Shown piece after piece: positions 45,983 to 54,123 of a DNA stretch of 64,000 nucleotides; the stretch's first letter is position 1, and each line of letters begins with the position of its first letter. A program made the position numbers and the translations under genes. Under the pieces are notes generated by a model. It saw only the letters and a program-made list of their open reading frames with translations, did not search any database and was not told the origin of the DNA. The stretch lies in IMG/VR virus record IMGVR_UViG_3300012971_000890; one strand, given 5' to 3'. Source of the stretch: a virus.

Positions 45983-46951
45983 AATGTTTCCAAGTAAGTC
46001 GTCACGGCGGCGACCCGCTCCTGCATGGGCATACGGCGGATATATTCTCCGTTCAACCACAGCAGTTTGCCAGGGTCGAAGGAAGCGGGCGAGTCGTTGA
46101 CCCCGGCCAGGGAAAAGCAGTCGATCAGCTTCTCCACCGAGAATATCTCCGTCGAGCCGTCCAAGGCCCAGCCCAGGCGGGCCAGGTAGTTGATGAGGGC
46201 GGCGGGCACGAACCCCATCTTCTGGTAGTATCCCAGGACCGCCGGGTTCAGGTCGTTTCGCTCCCTCACGTCTTGTTCGCTGAAACCGAGCTTTTTTAAT
46301 TTCGCCAGCACGTCCGCAGTCATGAACTGGTCCAGATCGCGCTTGCTCAGCTTCTTTTTCGAGCCGGGGGCGCAGATAAACGACAGGTGGGCAAAACGCG
46401 GCTCATCCCACCCCAAGGCCCGAAATAGCGCCAACTGGATCGGCAAGTTGCTCAGGTGTTCCTCGCCGCGCAGTATGTGGGTCACGCCCATGTCGTGGTC
46501 ATCGACCACCGTTGCGAAATTATACAGGAAGGTGCCGTCCGACCGCCTTATAACCGGGTCTTGAATGAGTTTGTCATCCCAACTGACCTTCCTCCGAATC
46601 AAATCGAAACAGCCGATGCCCACGCCGTCGTCCCAATGAGGTATGCTGAGCCGCACTGCCTTGCCGTCCTGGTAGGCCCAGCCCGACTTCAGCATCGTGT
46701 CGCACACTTCGCGGTAGCGCTCACCACGCTTCGACTGATAAAACGGGCCTTGGTCGAAGTCGAGGCCGAGCCAGCCCAGGCCGTCGAGGATGGGCTGGAC
46801 GGCTTCGGCCAGGTTGCGTTCGGTGTCGGTATCGTCAATGCGGAGGATGAACTGGCCTTTGTGGTGGCGGGCATAAAGCCAGTTATAGAGGGCAGTGCGG
46901 ACGCCGCCGATGTGCAGGTAGCCGGTGGGGCTGGGGGCAAAGCGTGTGACG
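45979..46951 (-). CDS. glutamyl-tRNA synthetase catalytic core (GluRS/GluQRS-like, no anticodon-binding domain); start codon unresolved
   Basis: HIGH region RFAPSPTGYLHIGG; KMSKS as KLSKR; ends after LLWLN block; no in-frame ATG near RFAPSP (possible ATT or long N-terminal extension). Confidence 0.7.
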
Positions 46952-46954
46952 ACT

Positions 46955-47197
46955 CTAGTAATAGTAGCCCTTCCAGGCGAAGAAGATTCGCCACACGATG
47001 TAAATGATGGCCGCGACACCGCCAAGCTCCCCCAGGAAGTGCAAAACGGCGGACAGCCGTTTGTATTTCCGCGCATAAGCAAACCAAGACGCCAGGCACA
47101 GGCCCGCCACGAAGACAATGAGGGCGACTAGCATCACATTGTCCAGCCATTCGAGGAAGTGCCACCGTTCCACGATGCGCTGGGTATGAGGGTTCAT
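46955..47197 (-). CDS. small membrane protein
   Basis: Two TM helices; 80 aa. Confidence 0.45.
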   Translation of the reverse strand: MNPHTQRIVERWHFLEWLDNVMLVALIVFVAGLCLASWFAYARKYKRLSAVLHFLGELGGVAAIIYIVWRIFFAWKGYYY

Positions 47198-47209
47198 GTG
47201 CGGACTCCG

Positions 47210-47536
47210 TTAAGCCGCAGGTTCGATGGTGGAACTCATGGAACCCTTGCAACGGGCAATCATCTTGTCCGGGCCGAAGGCGTGAATCTGTTCCTGCTTC
47301 AACTCCGCGTGTTCCTTGGTGGTCGTCAACAAGATTGTCCGGCTTTGCTCGTGGACTTCCTTGGCGTGCTGCATCCCCTTCTCCGGTGGAAAGCCGAAAA
47401 GTTTCTGTAACATGCCGATGACGTACTCAAAGGAGTGGTCGTCGTCGTTGTGCAGGATCACGTTGTACGGCGGCTGCCGCTTGGCCTTCGTTTCCTCTTT
47501 CTCCCGTGGCTTAGGTGTCACTATTGTACTGGTCAT
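47210..47536 (-). CDS. clpS: ClpS-like protease adaptor
   Basis: PPYNVILHNDDDHSFEYVIGMLQKLF core matches ClpS. Confidence 0.7.
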   Translation of the reverse strand: MTSTIVTPKPREKEETKAKRQPPYNVILHNDDDHSFEYVIGMLQKLFGFPPEKGMQHAKEVHEQSRTILLTTTKEHAELKQEQIHAFGPDKMIARCKGSMSSTIEPAA

Positions 47537-47738
47537 GCTTTTCTCCAGGTTGTTGAATCCCCCCTACTGTACCGCCGCACTCGCCCACTGTAAACCCTTT
47601 TCCCAGAAGGATGAAAAGGTGGTCGAGATGGGCCAGGGACACGCGGGGGTCCATGCCTGCAAACAGGTAGTCGATGGCCCAGGTGGACGGCACCGGCGGC
47701 GGAAGTGCCGTTACCCACTGCACTTCCGTTTCAAACAT
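47511..47738 (-). CDS. hypothetical protein
   Basis: 75-aa ORF. Confidence 0.25.
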   Translation of the reverse strand: MFETEVQWVTALPPPVPSTWAIDYLFAGMDPRVSLAHLDHLFILLGKGFTVGECGGTVGGIQQPGEKHDQYNSDT

Positions 47739-47949
47739 CCTGTTCCTTTGCCCACTGCTCGTAGGTCTTCATGCGGAGGCGGGGGCGGGCGTGCTTGTAG
47801 TGCAGGTAATAGGTCAGGCCCGTGGGTGCGGTCAACGGTTGCACGCTGATGAGCTTATCCGCGATCAGTTGGGGGTAGATACGCCGGACGAGGGGAATTT
47901 GGAAGCGCTTGAAGTCGCCGTCACCGCACCATTCCTTGTATGTTCGCAT
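47731..47949 (-). CDS. hypothetical protein (MRTYKEW N-terminus; C-terminus MKTYEQW)
   Basis: 72-aa ORF. Confidence 0.4.
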   Translation of the reverse strand: MRTYKEWCGDGDFKRFQIPLVRRIYPQLIADKLISVQPLTAPTGLTYYLHYKHARPRLRMKTYEQWAKEQDV

Positions 47950-47997
47950 GTCGTCCCTGATAAAAATAGGCGGGGCCGTCCGCCCCGCCCTAAGTCT

Positions 47998-48213
47998 CTA
48001 TTCGTCTTCGTCGCACCCCACCTGCAAGTAAATCGGGTCGCAGGCGTTTTCGGGTTCGACAATTTTGAGGACGTGTCCCCCGTTGGCGATGACCTCGTGG
48101 ACGATGGCCCGCCTTGCCTCCTCGTCGCTCTCCTGTTGCTTCACTGACACATTGGCCGTTATCGACCATCCGTGTGCGTCCACCAGCGTGACGGAGAAAA
48201 TCCACTCCATCAT
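47998..48213 (-). CDS. hypothetical protein
   Basis: 71-aa ORF. Confidence 0.35.
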   Translation of the reverse strand: MMEWIFSVTLVDAHGWSITANVSVKQQESDEEARRAIVHEVIANGGHVLKIVEPENACDPIYLQVGCDEDE

Positions 48214-48315
48214 AGGATTCCCCCAAAATGGTGCTACATCGGTAAATCTCCCTTGGGCAAAGGAACGTTGCTTGCGAGGGCCGCTAAGTAAATATTAACC
48301 GCCCTCAGAGAAATA

Positions 48316-48582
48316 TCAAGAGCGGATCGAGCGCTGCGCATCTTCGAGCCAGCCCTGCTCCTTTAATCCCTGGCACTGGCTGCACAGCTTGTAGGGCGTG
48401 AAAAGGTAGTTCTCCGGCAACACTTCCGTCGCCACCCCGCAGGCACCGCAGTAGTAATACATATCGGAGCCGGCTGGCAACTTCTGGTTTTCGATGTGTT
48501 CGATTTGAGCGGCGCTCTCCACACGCTTGGCATACTGCCGGATCGCTTCTTCCTTCGCGTATTCCAGATCGGTCTTGGCCAT
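48316..48582 (-). CDS. zinc-ribbon hypothetical protein
   Basis: CGACG..CSQC; internal ATG. Confidence 0.4.
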   Translation of the reverse strand: MAKTDLEYAKEEAIRQYAKRVESAAQIEHIENQKLPAGSDMYYYCGACGVATEVLPENYLFTPYKLCSQCQGLKEQGWLEDAQRSIRS

Positions 48583-48649
48583 ATGATTGAGGGGGTTGGA
48601 GGACGACTGACGACCGACCCTAACCTTATAACGAGGTCGGGCCGGGATG

Positions 48650-49201
48650 TCAAGAAGGCAAAACGCATTTAATCTTTTTTTCAGATATGGCGTCGATCTG
48701 GCGGGTGAACTCATCCACAAGCTTGAGCAATTCCTGGTCCAAGCGGCGTTCCTCGTCCTCGGTCAAAAGCGACTTCAGCCGCCGCTTGTCCTTCTGGTGC
48801 TGCTTCTTACCTTCATGGCGAATATTGCGCATCGCCACCCGCGACTCCTCGGCCAACTTGCGCACCTGGGCGACGACTTTTTCAATCTGCCCGGAATCCA
48901 TGCGGGGCAGGTTGGCGTACACGCAGTCGTCACCGCCGTAGGTGCTGATTCCCTGGGCGTCCAGGGCCTTGCGGATGTCCTTGCCGGCTTCGCGGTCGTG
49001 GGGGCGAATGGAAACCGCGTTATGCGGTGCCGGCATGACATATGCAAGCTTGCCGATGGCCTCACTGGAGCCTTTGAATTTCACCCGCAGGCTCTCGATG
49101 AGGGTGATGGTGTCGCCGCCTCGTAAATTGAAAATCGCGTCCTTGAAGTGCGTCAAACTGCGCTCCATCTTGGCACGACAAATTTGAATTAGCTCTTTCA
49201 T
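48650..49201 (-). CDS. frr: ribosome recycling factor
   Basis: VRKLAEESRVAMRNIRHEGKK and LTEDEERRLDQELLKLVDEF blocks match RRF; ATG at 49201. Confidence 0.8.
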   Translation of the reverse strand: MKELIQICRAKMERSLTHFKDAIFNLRGGDTITLIESLRVKFKGSSEAIGKLAYVMPAPHNAVSIRPHDREAGKDIRKALDAQGISTYGGDDCVYANLPRMDSGQIEKVVAQVRKLAEESRVAMRNIRHEGKKQHQKDKRRLKSLLTEDEERRLDQELLKLVDEFTRQIDAISEKKIKCVLPS

Positions 49202-49216
49202 TATTGGCCCACCCTG

Positions 49217-49230
49217 GATATTATAATATG
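49217..49230 (+). promoter_or_regulatory. GATATTATAATATG promoter-like element
   Basis: TATAAT-containing; about 25 nt upstream of 49256; AGGAGA RBS. Confidence 0.35.
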
Positions 49231-49255
49231 TCCGAGGTTTCAACTACAGGAGATA

Positions 49256-49795
49256 ATGATGAAATATCTGTTTGCGTTCATCGGATTGCTGGCCCTGGTG
49301 TCCTTCTCTGCCGCCCAGCACCACCAGCCGGGCCACCCTGGAGGACAAAGGCCACATATTCAACATCAACCCAGCCATCTGCACCCGGAACACCAGCACA
49401 TAAGACCCCACGACCACCGCAAGGGCGACCACCATCGCCCCAAGGGCGTCCACCCGCTCCACAGGGGCCACAAGCGGGTCCATGACAAGATTTACCACAA
49501 GCACCACGGTCACCATTTCAAATACGGCTACTACTACCGTGGTCCGAATCACTACCACTGGAGCAGCTACTTCTGGAGCAACAGATTGGGCTGTTACTTG
49601 TATTATGACCAAGGCGTGTCGTGTTACTATTACTGGTGCGCCCCGCACTACTGCTATTATCCCGTGACCTACTGTCCGGTCGGTTACGTCTTTGCCTTTG
49701 TGGCTCAGCCCGTGCCGCCGGCCACGCCGCCGCCACTGCCACCCGACTCCGATGAGGACGAAGGGCCTCCGGGAAAAGGGCCTCCCGGCAAGTAA
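49256..49795 (+). CDS. secreted histidine-rich / Tyr-Cys-rich protein
   Basis: Signal peptide MMKYLFAFIGLLALVSFSAA; about 30% His in the first half; then YYYW/C-rich and Pro-rich tail. Confidence 0.6.
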   Translation: MMKYLFAFIGLLALVSFSAAQHHQPGHPGGQRPHIQHQPSHLHPEHQHIRPHDHRKGDHHRPKGVHPLHRGHKRVHDKIYHKHHGHHFKYGYYYRGPNHYHWSSYFWSNRLGCYLYYDQGVSCYYYWCAPHYCYYPVTYCPVGYVFAFVAQPVPPATPPPLPPDSDEDEGPPGKGPPGK

Positions 49796-49802
49796 ACAAA
49801 AA

Positions 49803-49835
49803 GGGGCGAGTCAGCGACTCGCCCCTTTTTGTTTT
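49803..49835. terminator. bidirectional rho-independent terminator
   Basis: GGGGCGAGTC-AGC-GACTCGCCCC then T5GTTTT; A-run upstream. Confidence 0.75.
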
Positions 49836-50085
49836 AGAGTTGGATGGTGTTATAGCACTGGTCCCTCGCCAGCTTCTTGGCCATGTTCAGACAGGCTTGC
49901 CAGTCGCCGGTTTCCGACATCCCCTTTACAAAATACATCTTGCCCTCCTTGTCCGTGCAGCCCACGGTGCAGCCCGTTATATTACCCTGGCCGTCCGTTT
50001 TATAGCGGAACATCGCCTGGTCGCCGTACATTTCACGCAGCATACGGTTGACGGTTTCCACGGAAAGTTTGCGCGTGGCCATCAC
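49834..50085 (-). CDS. hypothetical protein
   Basis: 83-aa ORF. Confidence 0.4.
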   Translation of the reverse strand: MMATRKLSVETVNRMLREMYGDQAMFRYKTDGQGNITGCTVGCTDKEGKMYFVKGMSETGDWQACLNMAKKLARDQCYNTIQL

Positions 50086-50099
50086 TCCTCCAGATGGTA

Positions 50100-50288
50100 T
50101 TACCGATGCCCCGCTTTGGTAGGTTTTGCGGTCGCGGGTGCAGGGACGATTCGCCCATCGGCACCTACATAGAACTTCTTTTGCTGGGCGTTTTCGACCA
50201 GGGTTCTGCCGTCCAGACCATGCCCCAAGACCTTCCAGCCTTGCTCACGCAGCATCCCCAGCGTCTCTAGTTGAACCGTCGTAGCCAT
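50100..50288 (-). CDS. hypothetical protein
   Basis: 62-aa ORF. Confidence 0.35.
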   Translation of the reverse strand: MATTVQLETLGMLREQGWKVLGHGLDGRTLVENAQQKKFYVGADGRIVPAPATAKPTKAGHR

Positions 50289-50291
50289 AAG

Positions 50292-50362
50292 TGGAGCCTA
50301 GCGGATTTGAACCGCTAATCCGACAATGCCATTGTCGTGTGATCCCATTTCACTAAGGCCCC
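50292..50362 (-). tRNA. tRNA-Ala (anticodon GGC)
   Basis: G3:U70; anticodon loop ATGGCAT; T-arm GGTTCAAATCC. Confidence 0.75.
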
Positions 50363-51015
50363 TAAACCGGGAAAAACAGCAGATCAGCACTCACCGACGC
50401 CCCGGAAGATAAGGCGGCAGTTCCGTGTTGATTGCCCGTAAGGGACGCCGTTACAACACCCCCGCCGGATATTTGCGCCGCGCCTGCCAGCAACGCCTGA
50501 TCCCCTGGCACATAGATGCTCGTGTCAAAAGGCGGCTGAACCAAATAATATGGATTGTCCTGGGTGTAGAGGGCGATAATATCATTCTGAGCGGCGTTGA
50601 GCGCCGCTCCCGTCGCCCCGGACTGATAAACGCTCCAGTCCATCACGAAAATGGCACCGGCGTTAGAGCCAAAGTCCCCCAAATACTTCCTGGGAACCTT
50701 GCCGGGGATAGAGGCGGATATATCAGTCCAGACGTTGGTGTGTTGGGCGGTGGTGAGCTTGGCCACGTCCTTATAAATATCGGCCAACAGACGGGAACTT
50801 CGCTCCCCGACATTCAGGGTCATGGCGAAGTTATCCCCCTGCGTTATTTGAGCGCTGGTGGCCTCAACCTTGTAGTCGATGCGCACCACATGACCGTCCG
50901 GGCGAACTACCACATGCCCCGACTGGTCACCGCCGGTAACGTCCGCAACGCTCCAGTGCGGGATGCCGTTGGTGGTGAGCGCTTTATCAAGCCTCTGGAG
51001 AAAGTTGGATTCCAC
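50362..51015 (-). CDS. hypothetical protein
   Basis: 217-aa ORF; Ala/Gly/Ser/Thr-rich. Confidence 0.45.
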   Translation of the reverse strand: MESNFLQRLDKALTTNGIPHWSVADVTGGDQSGHVVVRPDGHVVRIDYKVEATSAQITQGDNFAMTLNVGERSSRLLADIYKDVAKLTTAQHTNVWTDISASIPGKVPRKYLGDFGSNAGAIFVMDWSVYQSGATGAALNAAQNDIIALYTQDNPYYLVQPPFDTSIYVPGDQALLAGAAQISGGGVVTASLTGNQHGTAALSSGASVSADLLFFPV

Positions 51016-51029
51016 TCCTCACCTTCCCC

Positions 51030-51233
51030 TTATGCCGCCCCGCCGCCAGGCAGAGGCGGCGGTATCGACACAACAACCTCGGCCTTGGGTGCCCATTTCT
51101 TAATCAGGTCGATGTCCGTCAACGCGGACGCCAGACTGTCGTAGGATTGCGGAGGGGCGCACAGGGTCGAGCCGTCGTTCCGCCGCAACTCCCAATTGAA
51201 CACGTCCTCTTTGACAACTACCAGAAAATACAT
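51030..51233 (-). CDS. YegP/DUF1508-like small protein
   Basis: YFLVVVKEDVFNWELRRNDGSTLCAPPQSYDSLASALTDIDLIKKWA fits the DUF1508 pattern; internal start avoids the tRNA. Confidence 0.45.
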   Translation of the reverse strand: MYFLVVVKEDVFNWELRRNDGSTLCAPPQSYDSLASALTDIDLIKKWAPKAEVVVSIPPPLPGGGAA

Positions 51234-51251
51234 AGTCCTCCTTCGTTCCAG

Positions 51252-51322
51252 TGGAGCGTAGGGGAGTTGCACCCCTATTTCCTGGTTGCGACCCAGGCGG
51301 ATTCCTGTTATCCGAACGCCCC
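51252..51322 (-). tRNA. tRNA-Ala (anticodon CGC)
   Basis: G3:U70; anticodon loop GTCGCAA; T-arm GGGTGCAACTCC. Confidence 0.7.
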
Positions 51323-51332
51323 AATGATCTAT

Positions 51333-51599
51333 TTATGCAGTTTGGCCAGATATTCCCGCCTCGGCCTGGGCTTTGTTATATTCCGCCATGCACTTGAGGC
51401 AGACCGCGATTTCCGCATCAATTTGCTGACCCCAGCCGCCCTTGTCGTCCAGCCACTTCACCGTCTTCTTGCCCTTCTCGTAAACGACTTTTTTGTTGAC
51501 ATTGCGGCGGTGCGGGAACTGGTAAGGCCGCTTGATGACGATGAGTTGCCGTGACACCCCCTTGGGCACCTGCGCTCCACACTTCTGACAACGATACAT
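51333..51599 (-). CDS. zinc-ribbon hypothetical protein
   Basis: CQKCG..CLKC. Confidence 0.4.
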   Translation of the reverse strand: MYRCQKCGAQVPKGVSRQLIVIKRPYQFPHRRNVNKKVVYEKGKKTVKWLDDKGGWGQQIDAEIAVCLKCMAEYNKAQAEAGISGQTA

Positions 51600-51666
51600 A
51601 AATGCCCTTATGTGTCTCCGGGGGCGGGCTGGCCCGGAGGGTTAAACCTTTCCTTTATTATAGCGT

Positions 51667-51951
51667 TTAGACCTGCGGTTTCTTGTTTTGACGACATTCC
51701 TCCGTGCGCCAGTCGTCCTCGAAGAACCACTGCGCATGACAAATGTAACAGAAACGCCCGACGACGTGCTTGTAATCGTGCTGCATACACCCCAGGGTGC
51801 CCCAATTCCTGGGGCTGTGGCGGCAAGGCTTGCCTTTGTTGGGGTAGACAACTTCAGACAGGACTTCCTTGCGGATTTCGCCGGTCTGGACCTTCTCCTC
51901 CAGGTCTGCGATGATCTCTCGCGCCTTATCCTTGCTGATCTTCTTTTTCAT
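51667..51951 (-). CDS. hypothetical Cys/His-containing protein
   Basis: Internal ATG MKKKISK. Confidence 0.4.
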   Translation of the reverse strand: MKKKISKDKAREIIADLEEKVQTGEIRKEVLSEVVYPNKGKPCRHSPRNWGTLGCMQHDYKHVVGRFCYICHAQWFFEDDWRTEECRQNKKPQV

Positions 51952-52282
51952 TATGCCAATCCAGTTGCCCTTCCAATTCGGGCCGTTCCTCGCGCAACTC
52001 AAAGGCCAATATATTACGGCCTCGGTCGCGGGTCGGCCAGATGATAACCTGATCCCCGTCAGGATTGGTGATCGTGAAAATGGGCAACTCGTCTTCCGGC
52101 GTCGTGTTCTTGCGCCACTCGATGTCTTCCAGTTCCACCCACTCGATCTGGTTGGGCGGCATCAATTCCAGAAACGTGCGGACCAGGGCCTCCACTCGCG
52201 CCTGACCGATACGCTCAACAAGCGCCGCACTGGCCAGGTAGCCGATGTCGCCAACCAGCCGCATCGGTCCCTGCATGGTCAT
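51926..52282 (-). CDS. hypothetical acidic protein
   Basis: Internal ATG MTMQGP. Confidence 0.4.
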   Translation of the reverse strand: MTMQGPMRLVGDIGYLASAALVERIGQARVEALVRTFLELMPPNQIEWVELEDIEWRKNTTPEDELPIFTITNPDGDQVIIWPTRDRGRNILAFELREERPELEGQLDWHNEKEDQQG

Positions 52283-52284
52283 GG

Positions 52285-52500
52285 CTAACTCCGCGTGAGA
52301 AGGGCGACGGCGATGGGAATGCCAATCCCGAAAACCACAATGCAGAGGAAAATAATCAACTCCCGCCAACCCCAATCCGCCCCTGGGGCCTTGGGGCGGG
52401 TACGGTCTTCACGACAATGGGCTGCGGCGCGACCGGCGGTGATGGGCGTGTTGGCTTCAATCTCGGCGGCGCGGCGAAATTCGTCCGTGATCTGTTCCAC
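52285..52500 (-). CDS. small membrane protein
   Basis: C-terminal TM helix. Confidence 0.35.
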   Translation of the reverse strand: MEQITDEFRRAAEIEANTPITAGRAAAHCREDRTRPKAPGADWGWRELIIFLCIVVFGIGIPIAVALLTRS

Positions 52501-52503
52501 GTC

Positions 52504-52914
52504 TTAGCTCTCCACGTCAATGTCCTCGTCCCCGCCCCCGCCCCGCTCACGGAGCATTTCCTTGAGGACTTCCATGAGCCGCTTCTGGCCGTTCTTGTCT
52601 TTCAGGTCCAGTTCCACAATGCGGTCGGCAACTTGGACCAGTTTCTCCGGCACTTGGGTGCCCGGCGGGATGACGGCGATTATGGGCTTATTGTACATGA
52701 TGGCGAAGCCCAACTCCACGGCGAACTTCACGTCCGTCTTGAAGGCGTTCGCCGGGGTGAGCGACACGAAGATGTGGCTGCCCTCGATCTTGGGGATCAG
52801 GGACTTGATGCAGTGTTGCTTCCAGCGCTCGAAGCTGGGGTCGCCGTCCGGCCACTGAAACGGTTCCGACTTGCCCGGCTTGTTATTCTTGTTGTTCTTG
52901 CGCCTCATCCTCAA
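52504..52914 (-). CDS. hypothetical protein (possible nucleoside deoxyribosyltransferase-like fold)
   Basis: HIFVSL..FAVELGFAIMYNKPIIAV weak resemblance. Confidence 0.35.
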   Translation of the reverse strand: MRMRRKNNKNNKPGKSEPFQWPDGDPSFERWKQHCIKSLIPKIEGSHIFVSLTPANAFKTDVKFAVELGFAIMYNKPIIAVIPPGTQVPEKLVQVADRIVELDLKDKNGQKRLMEVLKEMLRERGGGGDEDIDVES

Positions 52915-53147
52915 ATCTCCTCGATGGTAACCCGCACTCGCTTGCCCTCGATCTGGCGAGCCTCGCGGTGTTCACAGTTCTCGTCCCAGCTTTGGATGCG
53001 GACGAACATCTGGCCCTGCGGGTTGGGCGGGGCCTCGTCACTAATCGTGGCGATCAACGCCTGCCCGCCGTCCTCCTCCTTGAACTTCCGGCAATTCTCC
53101 GGCCAGTCGGTTTCACAAAAGCCCTCAAATACCTTCTTGAACGGCAT
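52911..53147 (-). CDS. hypothetical protein
   Basis: 78-aa ORF. Confidence 0.4.
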   Translation of the reverse strand: MPFKKVFEGFCETDWPENCRKFKEEDGGQALIATISDEAPPNPQGQMFVRIQSWDENCEHREARQIEGKRVRVTIEEI

Positions 53148-53445
53148 CGCCTTCCCCCTTTACGTCGTTGGTCCGAATAATTTCCACGATGGCGACCCGG
53201 ACGATCTCATTGACGGGCCGCTCGAACAAGTCCGCGAAGGCCGGATCATGTTGCATCTTTTGGAGCATTTTGTCAAGCTCCCCCACGTCAACGTACTGGC
53301 CCGAAACCTTGATGTCCGGGGGAATCTGATCGAAGTGCGCCGGCTTGGTAGGCCGGAAGTCGTAGAAATTGATGGTACAAAAGTTCTGGAGCCGCGACAT
53401 CAAGACGCCCGGCTCCTCCAACTTTTTGAGAAATTCTCGGCTCAT
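53125..53445 (-). CDS. hypothetical protein
   Basis: Internal ATG MSREFLKKL. Confidence 0.4.
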   Translation of the reverse strand: MSREFLKKLEEPGVLMSRLQNFCTINFYDFRPTKPAHFDQIPPDIKVSGQYVDVGELDKMLQKMQHDPAFADLFERPVNEIVRVAIVEIIRTNDVKGEGDAVQEGI

Positions 53446-53828
53446 CGGGCGCGAATCTCCAGGTGTTTGAGGTCGCAGACGTAATCCAGGGGGCGACAGC
53501 CTTTTATTTCCCGAAGCCCGCCGCACACGCTGCGGATGTGCTGCTGGCCGTCGTGTTCCTCGAAGCGGTAGAAATATTCGACCTGACCCATTTCTTGTAT
53601 CACGAAAGCACGCCCCGGCACCCACACCTGGGCGTCCTCACCCATCTCATACAGGGTCATGCCACCGTCATTCTCCTTGCGTTCGCTGAAGGTAACCAGA
53701 TAGCGCTTGCCCTCGTAGGCGACATGCAAGCCCTCCTGGCCCCATTGGAAGTAGCCAAGCACCTGGGCCACTCCAGGTTGAATGGCCAGCGCCTTGGCAG
53801 TGCCCACGACCAGTGCTTCTAAACTCAT
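53442..53828 (-). CDS. hypothetical protein
   Basis: 128-aa ORF. Confidence 0.45.
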   Translation of the reverse strand: MSLEALVVGTAKALAIQPGVAQVLGYFQWGQEGLHVAYEGKRYLVTFSERKENDGGMTLYEMGEDAQVWVPGRAFVIQEMGQVEYFYRFEEHDGQQHIRSVCGGLREIKGCRPLDYVCDLKHLEIRAR

Positions 53829-53953
53829 GGCGTCCTCCAGTGGGCGTGGTAGGGAACGATCCTACGTCCTTCCGCTTAGCCGCGTAGGCTCACTATAATG
53901 CCGAGTTACCCCGGCACCCCCGGCCTCGCGGAGTCCTGCCGCACACGCCCTTA

Positions 53954-54123
53954 TTTCTCGTGTTGTCCGTGCCAACCGCAGTCGTCGCACCATTCGTGAA
54001 CGACCACCTTCTCCTCGGTCCTGTCCTCGACCGTCTCGCCGTCAACGACCTTCTTGACGGTCTTCTTTTCCTTACGCACAGACCGGCTGGTTTTTTGCGA
54101 GCCGCAACGTGGACAGTTCATGA
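53954..54123 (-). CDS. small zinc-ribbon protein (56 aa, not in the supplied ORF track)
   Basis: MNCPRCGSQK...CDDCGW; coordinates approximate. Confidence 0.35.
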
